Of a stretch of 64,000 bases of DNA, positions 42,213 to 56,313 are shown piece by piece. The stretch lies in NCBI RefSeq assembly GCF_009914755.1, contig NC_060932.1. One strand, 5' to 3'. The stretch comes from the human T2T-CHM13v2.0 reference genome, Homo sapiens. A program made the translations under genes and the position numbers. Position 1 is the first letter of the stretch, and each line of letters begins with the position of its first letter. The notes below the pieces were generated by a model that was not told the DNA's origin, did no database searches, and was given only the letters and a program-made list of their open reading frames with translations.

Positions 42213-45200
42213 TAATCTCAGAAACATGTTTATGCTGTATCTACTCAACTAACTGTGCTGAACATTTCTATTGATAGAGCAGTTTTGAGACACTCTTCTT
42301 TTGGAATCTGCAAGTGGATATTTGGATAGATTTGAGGATTTCGTTGGAAACGGGATGATATATAAAAAGTAGACAGCAGCATTCTCAGAAACTTCTTTGT
42401 GATGTTTGCATCCAGCTCTCAGAGTTGAACATTCCCTTTCATAGAGTAGGTTTGAAACCCTCTTTTTATAGTGTCTGGAAGCGGGCATTTGGAGCGCTTT
42501 CAGGCCTATGCTGAAAAAGGAAATATCTACCTATAGAAACTAGACAGAAGCATTCTGAGAATCACGTTTCTGATGTGGGTACTCAACTAACAGTGTTGAT
42601 CCATTCTTTTGATACAGCAGTTTTGAACCACACTTTTTGTAGAATCTGCAAGTGGATATTTGGATAGCTGTGAGGATTTCGTTGGAAACGGGAATGTCTT
42701 CATAGAAAATTTAGACAGAAGCATTCTCAGAACCTTGATTGTGATGTGTGTTCTCCACTAACAGAGTTGAACCTTTCTTTTGACAGAACTGTTCTGAAAC
42801 ATTCTTTTTATAGAATCTGGAAGTGGATATTTGGAAAGCTTTGAGGATTTCGTTGGAAACGGGAATATCTTCAAATCAAATCTAGCCAGAAGCATTCTAA
42901 GAAACATCTTAGGGATGTTTACATTCAAGTCACAGAGTTGAACATTCCCTTTCACAGAGCAGGTTTGAAACAATCTTCTCGTACTATCTGGCAGTGGACA
43001 TTTTGAGCTCCTTGGGGCCTATGCTGAAAAAGGAAATATCTTCCGACAAAAACTAGACAGAAGCATTCGCAGAATCACGTTTGTGATGTGTGCACTCAAC
43101 TGTCAGAATTGAACCTTGGTTTGGACAGAGCACTTTTGAAACACTCTTTTTGTAGAATCTGCAGGTGGATATTTGGCTAGCTTTGAGGATTTCGTTGGAA
43201 ACGGTAATGTCTTCAAAGAAAATCTAGACAGAAGCATTCTCAGAAACACCTTCGTGATGTTTGCAATCAAGTCACAGAGTTGAACCTTCCGTTTCATAGA
43301 GCAGGTTGGAAACACTCTTTTTGTAGTATCTGGAAGTGGACATTTGGAGGGCTTTGTAGCCTATCTGGAAAAAGGAAATATCTTCCCATGAATGCGAGAT
43401 AGAAGTAATCTCAGAAACATGTTTATGCTGTATCTACTCAACTAACTGTGCTGAACATTTCTATTGATAGAGCAGTTTTGAGACACTCTTCTTTTGGAAT
43501 CTGCAAGTGGATATTTGGATAGATTTGAGGATTTCGTTGGAAACGGGATTATATATAAAAAGTAGACAGCAGCATTCTCAGAAACTTCTTTGTGATGTTT
43601 GCATCCAGCTCTCAGAGTTGAACATTCCCTTTCATAGAGTAGGTTTGAAACCCTCTTTTTATAGTGTCTGGAAGCGGGCATTTGGAGCGCTTTCAGGCCT
43701 ATGCTTAAAATAGGAAATATCTACCTACAGAAACTAGACAGAAGCATTCTGAGAATCACGTTTGTGATGTGGGTACTCAACTAACAGTGTTGATCCATTC
43801 TTTTGATACAGCAGTTTTGAACCACACTTTTTGTAGAATCTGCAAGAGGATATTTGGATAGCTGTGAGGATTTCGTTGGAAACGGGAATGTCTTCAAAGA
43901 AAATCTAGACAGAAGCATTCTGAGGAACACCTTCGTGATGTTTGCAATCAAGTCACAGAGTTGAACCTTCCGTTTCATAGAGCAGGTTGGAAACACTCTT
44001 ATTGTAGTATCTGGAAGTGGACATTTGGAGCGCTTTCAGGCCTATGGTGAAAAAGGAAATATCTTCCCATAAAAACGACATAGAAGCTGTCTCAGGAACT
44101 TGTTTATGATGCATCTAATCAACTAACAGTGTTGAACCTTTGTACTGACAGAGCAGTTTGAAACACTCTTTTTTTGGAATCTGCAAGTGGATATTTGGAT
44201 CGCTTTGAGGATTTCGTTGGAAACGGGATGCAATATAAAACGTACACAGCAGCATACTCAGAAAATACTTTGCCATATTTCCATTCAAGTCACAGAGTGG
44301 AACATTCCCATTCATAGAGCAGGTTTGAAACACTCTTTTTGGAGTATCTGGAAGTGGACATTTGGAGCGCTTTCTGAACTATGGTGAAAAAGGAAATATC
44401 TTCCAATGAAAACAAGACAGAAGCATTCTGAGAAACTTATTTGTGATGTGTGTCCTCAACAAACGGACTTGAACCTTTCGTTTCATGCAGTACTTCTGGA
44501 ACACTCTTTTTGAAGATTCTGCATGCGGATATTTGGATAGCTTTGAGGATTTCGTTGGAAACGGGCTTACATGTAAAAATTAGACAGCAGCATTCTCAGA
44601 AACTTCTTTGTGGTGTCTGCATTCAAGTCACAGAATTGAACTTCCCCTCACATAGAGCAGTTGTGCAGCACTCTATTTGTAGTATCTGGAAGTGGACATT
44701 TGGAGGGCTTTGTAGCCTATCTGGAAAAAGGAAATATCTTCCCATGAATGCGAGATAGAAGTAATCTCAGAAACATGTTTATGCTGTATCTACTCAACTA
44801 ACTGTGCTGAACATTTCTATTGATAGAGCAGTTTTGAGACACTCTTCTTTTGGAATCTGCAAGTGGATATTTGGATAGATTTGAGGATTTCGTTGGAAAC
44901 GGGATTATATATAAAAAGTAGACAGCAGCATTCTCAGAAACTTCTTTGTGATGTTTGCATCCAGCTCTCAGAGTTGAACATTCCCTTTCATAGAGTAGGT
45001 TTGAAACCCTCTTTTTATAGTGTCTGGAAGCGGGCATTTGGAGCGCTTTCAGGCCTATGCTTAAAATAGGAAATATCTACCTACAGAAACTAGACAGAAG
45101 CATTCTGAGAATCACGTTTGTGATGTGGGTACTCAACTAACAGTGTTGATCCATTCTTTTGATACAGCAGTTTTGAACCACACTTTTTGTAGAATCTGCA

Positions 45201-47473
45201 AGAGGATATTTGGATAGCTGTGAGGATTTCGTTGGAAACGGGAATGTCTTCAAAGAAAATCTAGACAGAAGCATTCTCAGAAACACCTTCGTGATGTTTG
45301 CAATCAAGTCACAGAGTTGAACCTTCCGTTTCATAGAGCAGGTTGGAAACACTCTTATTGTAGTATCTGGAAGTGGACATTTGGAGCGCTTTCAGGCCTA
45401 TGGTGAAAAAGGAAATATCTTCCCATAAAAACGACATAGAAGCTATCTCAGGAACTTGTTTATGATGCATCTAATCAACTAACAGTGTTGAACCTTTGTA
45501 CTGACAGAGCACTTTGAAACACTCTTTTTTTGGAATCTGCAAGTGGATATTTGGATCACTTTGAGGATTTCGTTGGAAACGGGATGCAATATAAAACGTA
45601 CACAGCAGCATACTCAGAAAATACTTTGCCATGTTTCCATTCAAGTCACAGAGTGGAACATTCCCATTCATAGAGCAGGTTGGAAACACTCTTTTTGGAG
45701 TATCTGGAAGTGGACATTTGGAGCGCTTTCTGAACTATGGTGAAAAAGGAAATATCTTCCAATGAAAACAAGACAGAAGCATTCTGAGAAACTTATTTGT
45801 GATGTGTGTCCTCAACAAACGGACTTGAACCTTTCGTTTCATGCAGTACTTCTGGAACACTCTTTTTGAAGATTCTGCATGCGGATATTTGGATAGCTTT
45901 GAGGATTTCGTTGGAAACGGCCTTACATGTAAAAATTAGACAGCAGCATTCTCAGAAACTTCTTTGTGGTGTCTGCATTCAAGTCACAGAATTGAACTTC
46001 CCCTCACATAGAGCAGTTGTGCAGCACTCTATTTGTAGTATCTGGAAGTGGACATTTGGAGGGCTTTGTAGCCTATCTGGAAAAAGGAAATATCTTCCCA
46101 TGAATGCGAGATAGAAGTAATCTCAGAAACGTGTTTATGCTGTATCTACTCAACTAACTGTGCTGAACATTTCTATTGATAGAGCAGTTTTGAGACACTC
46201 TTCTTTTGGAATCTGCAAGTGGATATTTGGATAGATTTGAGGATTTCGTTGGAAACGGGATTATATATAAAAAGTAGACAGCAGCATTCTCAGAAACTTC
46301 TTTGTGATGTTTGCATCCAGCTCTCAGAGTTGAACATTCCCTTTCATAGAGTAGGTTTGAAACCCTCTTTTTATAGTGTCTGGAAGCGGGTATTTGGAGC
46401 GCTTTCAGGCCTATGCTTAAAATAGGAAATATCTACCTACAGAAACTAGACAGAAGCATTCTGAGAATCACGTTTGTGATGTGGGTACTCAACTAACAGT
46501 GTTGATCCATTCTTTTGATACAGCAGTTTTGAACCACACTTTTTGTAGAATCTGCAAGAGGATATTTGGATAGCTGTGAGGATTTCGTTGGAAACGGGAA
46601 TGTCTTCAAAGAAAATCTAGACAGAAGCATTCTCAGAAACACCTTCGTGATGTTTGCAATCAAGTCACAGAGTTGAACCTTCCGTTTCATAGAGCAGGTT
46701 GGAAACACTCTTATTGTAGTATCTGGAAGTGGACATTTGGAGCGCTTTCAGGCCTATGGTGAAAAAGGAAATATCTTCCCATAAAAACGACATAGAAGCT
46801 ATCTCAGGAACTTGTTTATGATGCATCTAATCAACTAACAGTGTTGAACCTTTGTACTGACAGAGCACTTTGAAACACTCTTTTTTTGGAATCTGCAAGT
46901 GGATATTTGGATCGCTTTGAGGATTTCGTTGGAAACGGGATGCAATATAAAACGTACACAGCAGCATACTCAGAAAATACTTTGCCATATTTCCATTCAA
47001 GTCACAGAGTGGAACATTCCCATTCATAGAGCAGGTTGGAAACACTCTTTTTGGAGTATCTGGAAGTGGACATTTGGAGCGCTTTCTGAACTATGGTGAA
47101 AAAGGAAATATCTTCCAATGAAAACAAGACAGAAGCATTCTGAGAAACTTATTTGTGATGTGTGTCCTCAACAAACGGACTTGAACCTTTCGTTTCATGC
47201 AGTACTTCTGGAACACTCTTTTTGAAGATTCTGCATGCGGATATTTGGATAGCTTTGAGGATTTCGTTGGAAACGGGCTTACATGTAAAAATTAGACAGC
47301 AGCATTCTCAGAAACTTCTTTGTGGTGTCTGCATTCAAGTCACAGAATTGAACTTCCCCTCACATAGAGCAGTTGTGCAGCACTCTATTTGTAGTATCTG
47401 GAAGTGGACATTTGGAGGGCTTTGTAGCCTATCTGGAAAAAGGAAATATCTTCCCATGAATGCGAGATAGAAG
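42213..47473 (+). repeat. 7-8-8-8 HOR block, tandem copy
   Basis: Same spacings; shared rare SNV GCGGGTATT at 41130 and 46391. Confidence 0.95.
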
Positions 47474-49859
47474 TAATCTCAGAAACATGTTTATGCTGTA
47501 TCTACTCAACTAACTGTGCTGAACATTTCTATTGATAGAGCAGTTTTGAGACCCTCTTCTTTTGGAATCTGCAAGTGGATATTTGGATAGATTTGAGGAT
47601 TTCGTTGGAAACGGGATTATATATAAAAAGTAGACAGCAGCATTCTCAGAAACTTCTTTGTGATGTTTGCATCCAGCTCTCAGAGTTGAACATTCCCTTT
47701 CATAGAGTAGGTTTGAAACCCTCTTTTTATAGTGTCTGGAAGCGGGCATTTGGAGCGCTTTCAGGCCTATGCTGAAAAAGGAGATATCTACCTATAGAAA
47801 CTAGACAGAAGCATTCTGAGAATCACGTTTGTGATGTGGGTACTCAACTAACAGTGTTGATCCATTCTTTTGATACAGCAGTTTTGAACCACACTTTTTG
47901 TAGAATCTGCAAGTGGATATTTGGATAGCTGTGAGGATTTCGTTGGAAACGGGAATGTCTTCATAGAAAATTTAGACAGAAGCATTCTCAGAACCTTGAT
48001 TGTGATGTGTGTTCTCCACTAACAGAGTTGAACCTTTCTTTTGACAGAACTGTTCTGAAACATTCTTTTTATAGAATCTGGAAGTGGATATTTGGAAAGC
48101 TTTGAGGATTTCGTTGGAAACGGGAATATCTTCAAATAAAATCTAGCCAGAAGCATTCTAAGAAACATCTTAGGGATGTTTACATTCAAGTCACAGAGTT
48201 GAACATTCCCTTTCACAGAGCAGGTTTGAAACAATCTTCTCGTACTATCTGGCAGTGGACATTTTGAGCTCTTTGGGGCCTATGCTGAAAAAGGAAATAT
48301 CTTCCGACAAAAACTAGACAGAAGCATTCGCAGAATCACGTTTGTGATGTGTGCACTCAACTGTCAGAATTGAACCTTGGTTTGGAGAGAGCACTTTTGA
48401 AACACTCTTTTTGTAGAATCTGCAGGTGGATATTTGGCTAGCTTTGAGGATTTCGTTGGAAACGGTAATGTCTTCAAAGAAAATCTAGACAGAAGCATTC
48501 TCAGAAACACCTTCGTGATGTTTGCAATCAAGTCACAGAGTTGAACCTTCCGTTTCATAGAGCAGGTTGGAAACACACTTTTTGTAGTATCTGGAAGTGG
48601 ACATTTGGAGGGCTTTGTAGCCTATCTGGAAAAAGGAAATATCTTCCCATGAATGCGAGATAGAAGTAATCTCAGAAACATGTTTATGCTGTATCTACTC
48701 AACTAACTGTGCTGAACATTTCTATTGATAGAGCAGTTTTGAGACACTCTTCTTTTGGAATCTGCAAGTGGATATTTGGATAGATTTGAGGATTTCGTTG
48801 GAAACGGGATTATATATAAAAAGTAGACAGCAGCATTCTCAGAAACTTCTTTGTGATGTTTGCATCCAGCTCCCAGAGTTGAACATTCCCTTTCATAGAG
48901 TAGGTTTGAAACCCTCTTTTTATAGTGTCTGGAAGCGGGCATTTGGAGCGCTTTCAGGCCTATGCTGAAAAAGGAAATATCTACCTATAGAAACTAGACA
49001 GAAGCATTCTGAGAATCACGTTTGTGATGTGGGTACTCAACTAACAGTGTCGATCCATTCTTTTGATACAGCAGTTTTGAACCACACTTTTTGTAGAATC
49101 TGCAAGTGGATATTTGGATAGCTGTGAGGATTTCGTTGGAAACGGGAATGTCTTCATAGAAAATTTAGACAGAAGCATTCTCAGAACCTTGATTGTGATG
49201 TGTGTTCTCCACTAACAGAGCTGAACCTTTCTTTTGACAGAACTGTTCTGAAACATTCTTTTTATAGAATCTGGAAGTGGATATTTGGAAAGCTTTGAGG
49301 ATTTCGTTGGAAACGGGAATATCTTCAAATCAAATCTAGCCAGAAGCATTCTAAGAAACAGCTTAGGGATGTTTACATTCAAGTCACAGAGTTGAACATT
49401 CCCTTTCACAGAGCAGGTTTGAAACAATCTTCTCGTACTATCTGGCAGTGGACATTTTGAGCTCTTTGGGGCCTATGCTGAAAAAGGAAATATCTTCCGA
49501 CAAAAACTAGACAGAAGCATTCGCAGAATCACGTTTGTGATGTGTGCACTCAACTGTCAGAATTGAACCTTGGTTTGGAGAGAGCACTTTTGAAACACTC
49601 TTTTTGTAGAATCTGCAGGTGGATATTTGGCTAGCTTTGAGGATTTCGTTGGAAACGGTAATGTCTTCAAAGAAAATCTAGACAGAAGCATTCTCAGAAA
49701 CACCTTCGTGATGTTTGCAATCAAGTCACAGAGTTGAACCTTCCGTTTCATAGAGCAGGTTGGAAACACACTTTTTGTAGTATCTGGAAGTGGACATTTG
49801 GAGGGCTTTGTAGCCTATCTGGAAAAAGGAAATATCTTCCCATGAATGCGAGATAGAAG
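47474..49859 (+). repeat. 2 x 7-mer HOR
   Basis: 2 x 1193 spacing. Confidence 0.95.
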
Positions 49860-52800
49860 TAATCTCAGAAACATGTTTATGCTGTATCTACTCAACTAAC
49901 TGTGCTGAACATTTCTATTGATAGAGCAGTTTTGAGACACTCTTCTTTTGGAATCTGCAAGTGGATATTTGGATAGATTTGAGGATTTCGTTGGAAACGG
50001 GATTATATATAAAAAGTAGACAGCAGCATTCTCAGAAACTTCTTTGTGATGTTTGCATCCAGCTCTCAGAGTTGAACATTCCCTTTCATAGAGTAGGTTT
50101 GAAACCCTCTTTTTATAGTGTCTGGAAGCGGGCATTTGGAGCGCTTTCAGGCCTATGCTTAAAATAGGAAATATCTACCTACAGAAACTAGACAGAAGCA
50201 TTCTGAGAATCACGTTTGTGATGTGGGTACTCAACTAACAGTGTTGATCCATTCTTTTGATACAGCAGTTTTGAACCACACTTTTTGTAGTATCTGCAAG
50301 AGGATATTTGGATAGCTGTGAGGATTTCGTTGGAAACGGGAATGTCTTCAAAGAAAATCTAGACAGAAGCATTCTCAGAAACACCTTCGTGATGTTTGCA
50401 ATCAAGTCACAGAGTTGAACCTTCCGTTTCATAGAGCAGGTTGGAAACACTCTTATTGTAGTATCTGGAAGTGGACATTTGGAGCGCTTTCAGGCCTATG
50501 GTGAAAAAGGAAATATCTTCCCATAAAAACGACATAGAAGCTATCTCAGGAACTTGTTTATGATGCATCTAATCAACTAACAGTGTTGAACCTTTGTACT
50601 GACAGAGCAGTTTGAAACACTCTTTTTTTGGAATCTGCAAGTGGATATTTGGATCACTTTGAGGATTTCGTTGGAAACGGGAGGCAATATAAAACGTACA
50701 CAGCAGCATACTCAGAAAATACTTTGCCATGTTTCCATTCAAGTCACAGAGTGGAACATTCCCATTCATAGAGCAGGTTGGAAACACTCTTTTTGGAGTA
50801 TCTGGAAGTGGACATTTGGAGCGCTTTCTGAACTATGGTGAAAAAGGAAATATCTTCCAATGAAAACAAGACAGAAGCATTCTGAGAAACTTATTTGTGA
50901 TGTGTGTCCTCAACAAACGGACTTGAACCTTTCGTTTCATGCAGTACTTCTGGAACACTCTTTTTGAAGATTCTGCATGCGGATATTTGGATAGCTTTGA
51001 GGATTTCGTTGGAAACGGCCTTACATGTAAAAATTAGACAGCAGCATTCTCAGAAACTTCTTTGTGGTGTCTGCATTCAAGTCACAGAATTGAACTTCCC
51101 CTCACATAGAGCAGTTGTGCAGCACTCTATTTGTAGTATCTGGAAGTGGACATTTGGAGGGCTTTGTAGCCTATCTGGAAAAAGGAAATATCTTCCCATG
51201 AATGCGAGATAGAAGTAATCTCAGAAACGTGTTTATGCTGTATCTACTCAACTAACTGTGCTGAACATTTCTATTGATAGAGCAGTTTTGAGACACTCTT
51301 CTTTTGGAATCTGCAAGTGGATATTTGGATAGATTTGAGGATTTCGTTGGAAACGGGATTATATATAAAAAGTAGACAGCAGCATTCTCAGAAACTTCTT
51401 TGTGATGTTTGCATCCAGCTCTCAGAGTTGAACATTCCCTTTCATAGAGTAGGTTTGAAACCCTCTTTTTATAGTGTCTGGAAGCGGGCATTTGGAGCGC
51501 TTTCAGGCCTATGCTTAAAATAGGAAATATCTACCTACAGAAACTAGACAGAAGCATTCTGAGAATCACGTTTGTGATGTGGGTACTCAACTAACAGTGT
51601 TGATCCATTCTTTTGATACAGCAGTTTTGAACCACACTTTTTGTAGAATCTGCAAGAGGATATTTGGATAGCTGTGAGGATTTCGTTGGAAACGGGAATG
51701 TCTTCAAAGAAAATCTAGACAGAAGCATTCTCAGAAACACCTTCGTGATGTTTGCAATCAAGTCACAGAGTTGAACCTTCCGTTTCATAGAGCAGGTTGG
51801 AAACACTCTTATTGTAGTATCTGGAAGTGGACATTTGGAGCGCTTTCAGGCCTATGGTGAAAAAGGAAATATCTTCCCATAAAAACGACATAGAAGCTAT
51901 CTCAGGAACTTGTTTATGATGCATCTAATCAACTAACAGTGTTGAACCTTTGTACTGACAGAGCACTTTGAAACACTCTTTTTTTGGAATCTGCAAGTGG
52001 ATATTTGGATCGCTTTGAGGATTTCGTTGGAAACGGGATGCAATATAAAACGTACACAGCAGCATACTCAGAAAATACTTTGCCATATTTCCATTCAAGT
52101 CACAGAGTGGAACATTCCCATTCATAGAGCAGGTTGGAAACACTCTTTTTGGAGTATCTGGAAGTGGACATTTGGAGCGCTTTCTGAACTATGGTGAAAA
52201 AGGAAATATCTTCCAATGAAAACAAGACAGAAGCATTCTGAGAAACTTATTTGTGATGTGTGTCCTCAACAAACGGACTTGAACCTTTCGTTTCATGCAG
52301 TACTTCTGGAACACTCTTTTTGAAGATTCTGCATGCGGATATTTGGATAGCTTTGAGGATTTCGTTGGAAACGGGCTTACATGTAAAAATTAGACAGCAG
52401 CATTCTCAGAAACTTCTTTGTGGTGTCTGCATTCAAGTCACAGAATTGAACTTCCCCTCACATAGAGCAGTTGTGCAGCACTCTATTTGTAGTATCTGGA
52501 AGTGGACATTTGGAGGGCTTTGTAGCCTATCTGGAAAAAGGAAATATCTTCCCATGAATGCGAGATAGAAGTAATCTCAGAAACATGTTTATGCTGTATC
52601 TACTCAACTAACTGTGCTGAACATTTCTATTGATAGAGCAGTTTTGAGACCCTCTTCTTTTGGAATCTGCAAGTGGATATTTGGATAGATTTGAGGATTT
52701 CGTTGGAAACGGGATTATATATAAAAAGTAGACAGCAGCATTCTCAGAAACTTCTTTGTGATGTTTGCATCCAGCTCTCAGAGTTGAACATTCCCTTTCA

Positions 52801-55800
52801 TAGAGTAGGTTTGAAACCCTCTTTTTATAGTGTCTGGAAGCGGGCATTTGGAGCGCTTTCAGGCCTATGCTGAAAAAGGAGATATCTACCTATAGAAACT
52901 AGACAGAAGGATTCCGAGAATCACGTTTGTGATGTGGGTACTCAACTAACAGTGTTGATCCATTCTTTTGATACAGCAGTTTTGAACCACACTTTTTGTA
53001 GAATCTGCAAGTGGATATTTGGATAGCTGTGAGGATTTCGTTGGAAACGGGAATGTCTTCATAGAAAATTTAGAGAGAAGCATTCTCAGAACCTTGATTG
53101 TGATGTGTGTTCTCCACTAACAGAGTTGAACCTTTCTTTTGACAGAACTGTTCTGAAACATTCTTTTTATAGAATCTGGAAGTGGATATTTGGAAAGCTT
53201 TGAGGATTTCGTTGGAAACGGGAATATCTTCAAATAAAATCTAGCCAGAAGCATTCTAAGAAACATCTTAGGGATGTTTACATTCAAGTCACAGAGTTGA
53301 ACATTCCCTTTCACAGAGCAGGTTTGAAACAATCTTCTCGTACTATCTGGCAGTGGACATTTTGAGCTCTTTGGGGCCTATGCTGAAAAAGGAAATATCT
53401 TCCGACAAAAACTAGACAGAAGCATTCGCAGAATCACGTTTGTGATGTGTGCACTCAACTGTCAGAATTGAACCTTGGTTTGGAGAGAGCACTTTTGAAA
53501 CACTCTTTTTGTAGAATCTGCAGGTGGATATTTGGCTAGCTTTGAGGATTTCGTTGGAAACGGTAATGTCTTCAAAGAAAATCTAGACAGAAGCATTCTC
53601 AGAAACACCTTCGTGATGTTTGCAATCAAGTCACAGAGTTGAACCTTCCGTTTCATAGAGCAGGTTGGAAACACACTTTTTGTAGTATCTGGAAGTGGAC
53701 ATTTGGAGGGCTTTGTAGCCTATCTGGAAAAAGGAAATATCTTCCCATGAATGCGAGATAGAAGTAATCTCAGAAACATGTTTATGCTGTATCTACTCAA
53801 CTAACTGTGCTGAACATTTCTATTGATAGAGCAGTTTTGAGACACTCTTCTTTTGGAATCTGCAAGTGGATATTTGGATAGATTTGAGGATTTCGTTGGA
53901 AACGGGATTATATATAAAAAGTAGACAGCAGCATTCTCAGAAACTTCTTTGTGATGTTTGCATCTAGCTCCCAGAGTTGAACATTCCCTTTCATAGAGTA
54001 GTTTTGAAACCCTCTTTTTATAGTGTCTGGAAGCGGGCATTTGGAGCGCTTTCAGGCCTATGCTGAAAAAGGAAATATCTACCTATAGAAACTAGACAGA
54101 AGCATTCTGAGAATCACGTTTGTGATGTGGGTACTCAACTAACAGTGTTGATCCATTCTTTTGATACAGCAGTTTTGAACCACACTTTTTGTAGAATCTG
54201 CAAGTGGATATTTGGATAGCTGTGAGGATTTCGTTGGAAACGGGAATGTCTTCATAGAAAATTTAGACAGAAGCATTCTCAGAACCTTGATTGTGATGTG
54301 TGTTCTCCACTAACAGAGTTGAACCTTTCTTTTGACAGAACTGTTCTGAAACATTCTTTTTATAGAATCTGGAAGTGGATATTTGGAAAGCTTTGAGGAT
54401 TTCGTTGGAAACGGGAATATCTTCAAATCAAATCTAGCCAGAAGCATTCTAAGAAACAGCTTAGGGATGTTTACATTCAAGTCACAGAGTTGAACATTCC
54501 CTTTCACAGAGCAGGTTTGAAACAATCTTCTCGTACTATCTGGCAGTGGACATTTTGAGCTCCTTGGGGCCTATGCTGAAAAAGGAAATATCTTCCGACA
54601 AAAACTAGACAGAAGCATTCGCAGAATCACGTTTGTGATGTGTGCACTCAACTGTCAGAATTGAACCTTGGTTTGGAGAGAGCACTTTTGAAACACTCTT
54701 TTTGTAGAATCTGCAGGTGGATATTTGGCTAGCTTTGAGGATTTCGTTGGAAACGGTAATGTCTACAAAGAAAATCTAGACAGAAGCATTCTCAGAAACA
54801 CCTTCGTGATGTTTGCAATCAAGTCACAGAGTTGAACCTTCCGTTTCATAGAGCAGGTTGGAAACACTCTTTTTGTAGTATCTGGAAGTGGACATTTGGA
54901 GGGCTTTGTAGCCTATCTGGAAAAAGGAAATATCTTCCCATGAATGCGAGATAGAAGTAATCTCAGAAACATGTTTATGCTGTATCTACTCAACTAACTG
55001 TGCTGAACATTTCTATTGATAGAGCAGTTTTGAGACACTCTTCTTTTGGAATCTGCAAGTGGATATTTGGATAGATTTGAGGATTTCGTTGGAAACGGGA
55101 TTATATATAAAAAGTAGACAGCAGCATTCTCAGAAACTTCTTTGTGATGTTTGCATCCAGCTCTCAGAGTTGAACATTCCCTTTCATAGAGTAGGTTTGA
55201 AACCCTCTTTTTATAGTGTCTGGAAGCGGGCATTTGGAGCGCTTTCAGGCCTATGCTTAAAATAGGAAATATCTACCTACAGAAACTAGACAGAAGCATT
55301 CTGAGAATCACGTTTGTGATGTGGGTACTCAACTAACAGTGTTGATCCATTCTTTTGATACAGCAGTTTTGAACCACACTTTTTGTAGAATCTGCAAGAG
55401 GATATTTGGATAGCTGTGAGGATTTCGTTGGAAACGGGAATGTCTTCAAAGAAAATCTAGACAGAAGCATTCTCAGAAACACCTTCGTGATGTTTGCAAT
55501 CAAGTCACAGAGTTGAACCTTCCGTTTCATAGAGCAGGTTGGAAACACTCTTATTGTAGTATCTGGAAGTGGACATTTGGAGCGCTTTCAGGCCTATGGT
55601 GAAAAAGGAAATATCTTCCCATAAAAACGACATAGAAGCTATCTCAGGAACTTGTTTATGATGCATCTAATCAACTAACAGTGTTGAACCTTTGTACTGA
55701 CAGAGCACTTTGAAACACTCTTTTTTTGGAATCTGCAAGTGGATATTTGGATCGCTTTGAGGATTTCGTTGGAAACGGGATGCAATATAAAACGTACACA

Positions 55801-56313
55801 GCAGCATACTCAGAAAATACTTTGCCATATTTCCATTCAAGTCACAGAGTGGAACATTCCCATTCATAGAGCAGGTTGGAAACACTCTTTTTGGAGTATC
55901 TGGAAGTGGACATTTGGAGCGCTTTCTGAACTATGGTGAAAAAGGAAATATCTTCCAATGAAAACAAGACAGAAGCATTCTGAGAAACTTATTTGTGATG
56001 TGTGTCCTCAACAAACGGACTTGAACCTTTCGTTTCATGCAGTACTTCTGGAACACTCTTTTTGAAGATTCTGCATGCGGATATTTGGATAGCTTTGAGG
56101 ATTTCGTTGGAAACGGGCTTACATGTAAAAATTAGACAGCAGCATTCTCAGAAACTTCTTTGTGGTGTCTGCATTCAAGTCACAGAATTGAACTTCCCCT
56201 CACATAGAGCAGTTGTGCAGCACTCTATTTGTAGTATCTGGAAGTGGACATTTGGAGGGCTTTGTAGCCTATCTGGAAAAAGGAAATATCTTCCCATGAA
56301 TGCGAGATAGAAG
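49860..56313 (+). repeat. 8-8-7-7-8 HOR block (6454 bp)
   Basis: Spacings 1356, 1356, 1193, 1193, 1356. Confidence 0.94.
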
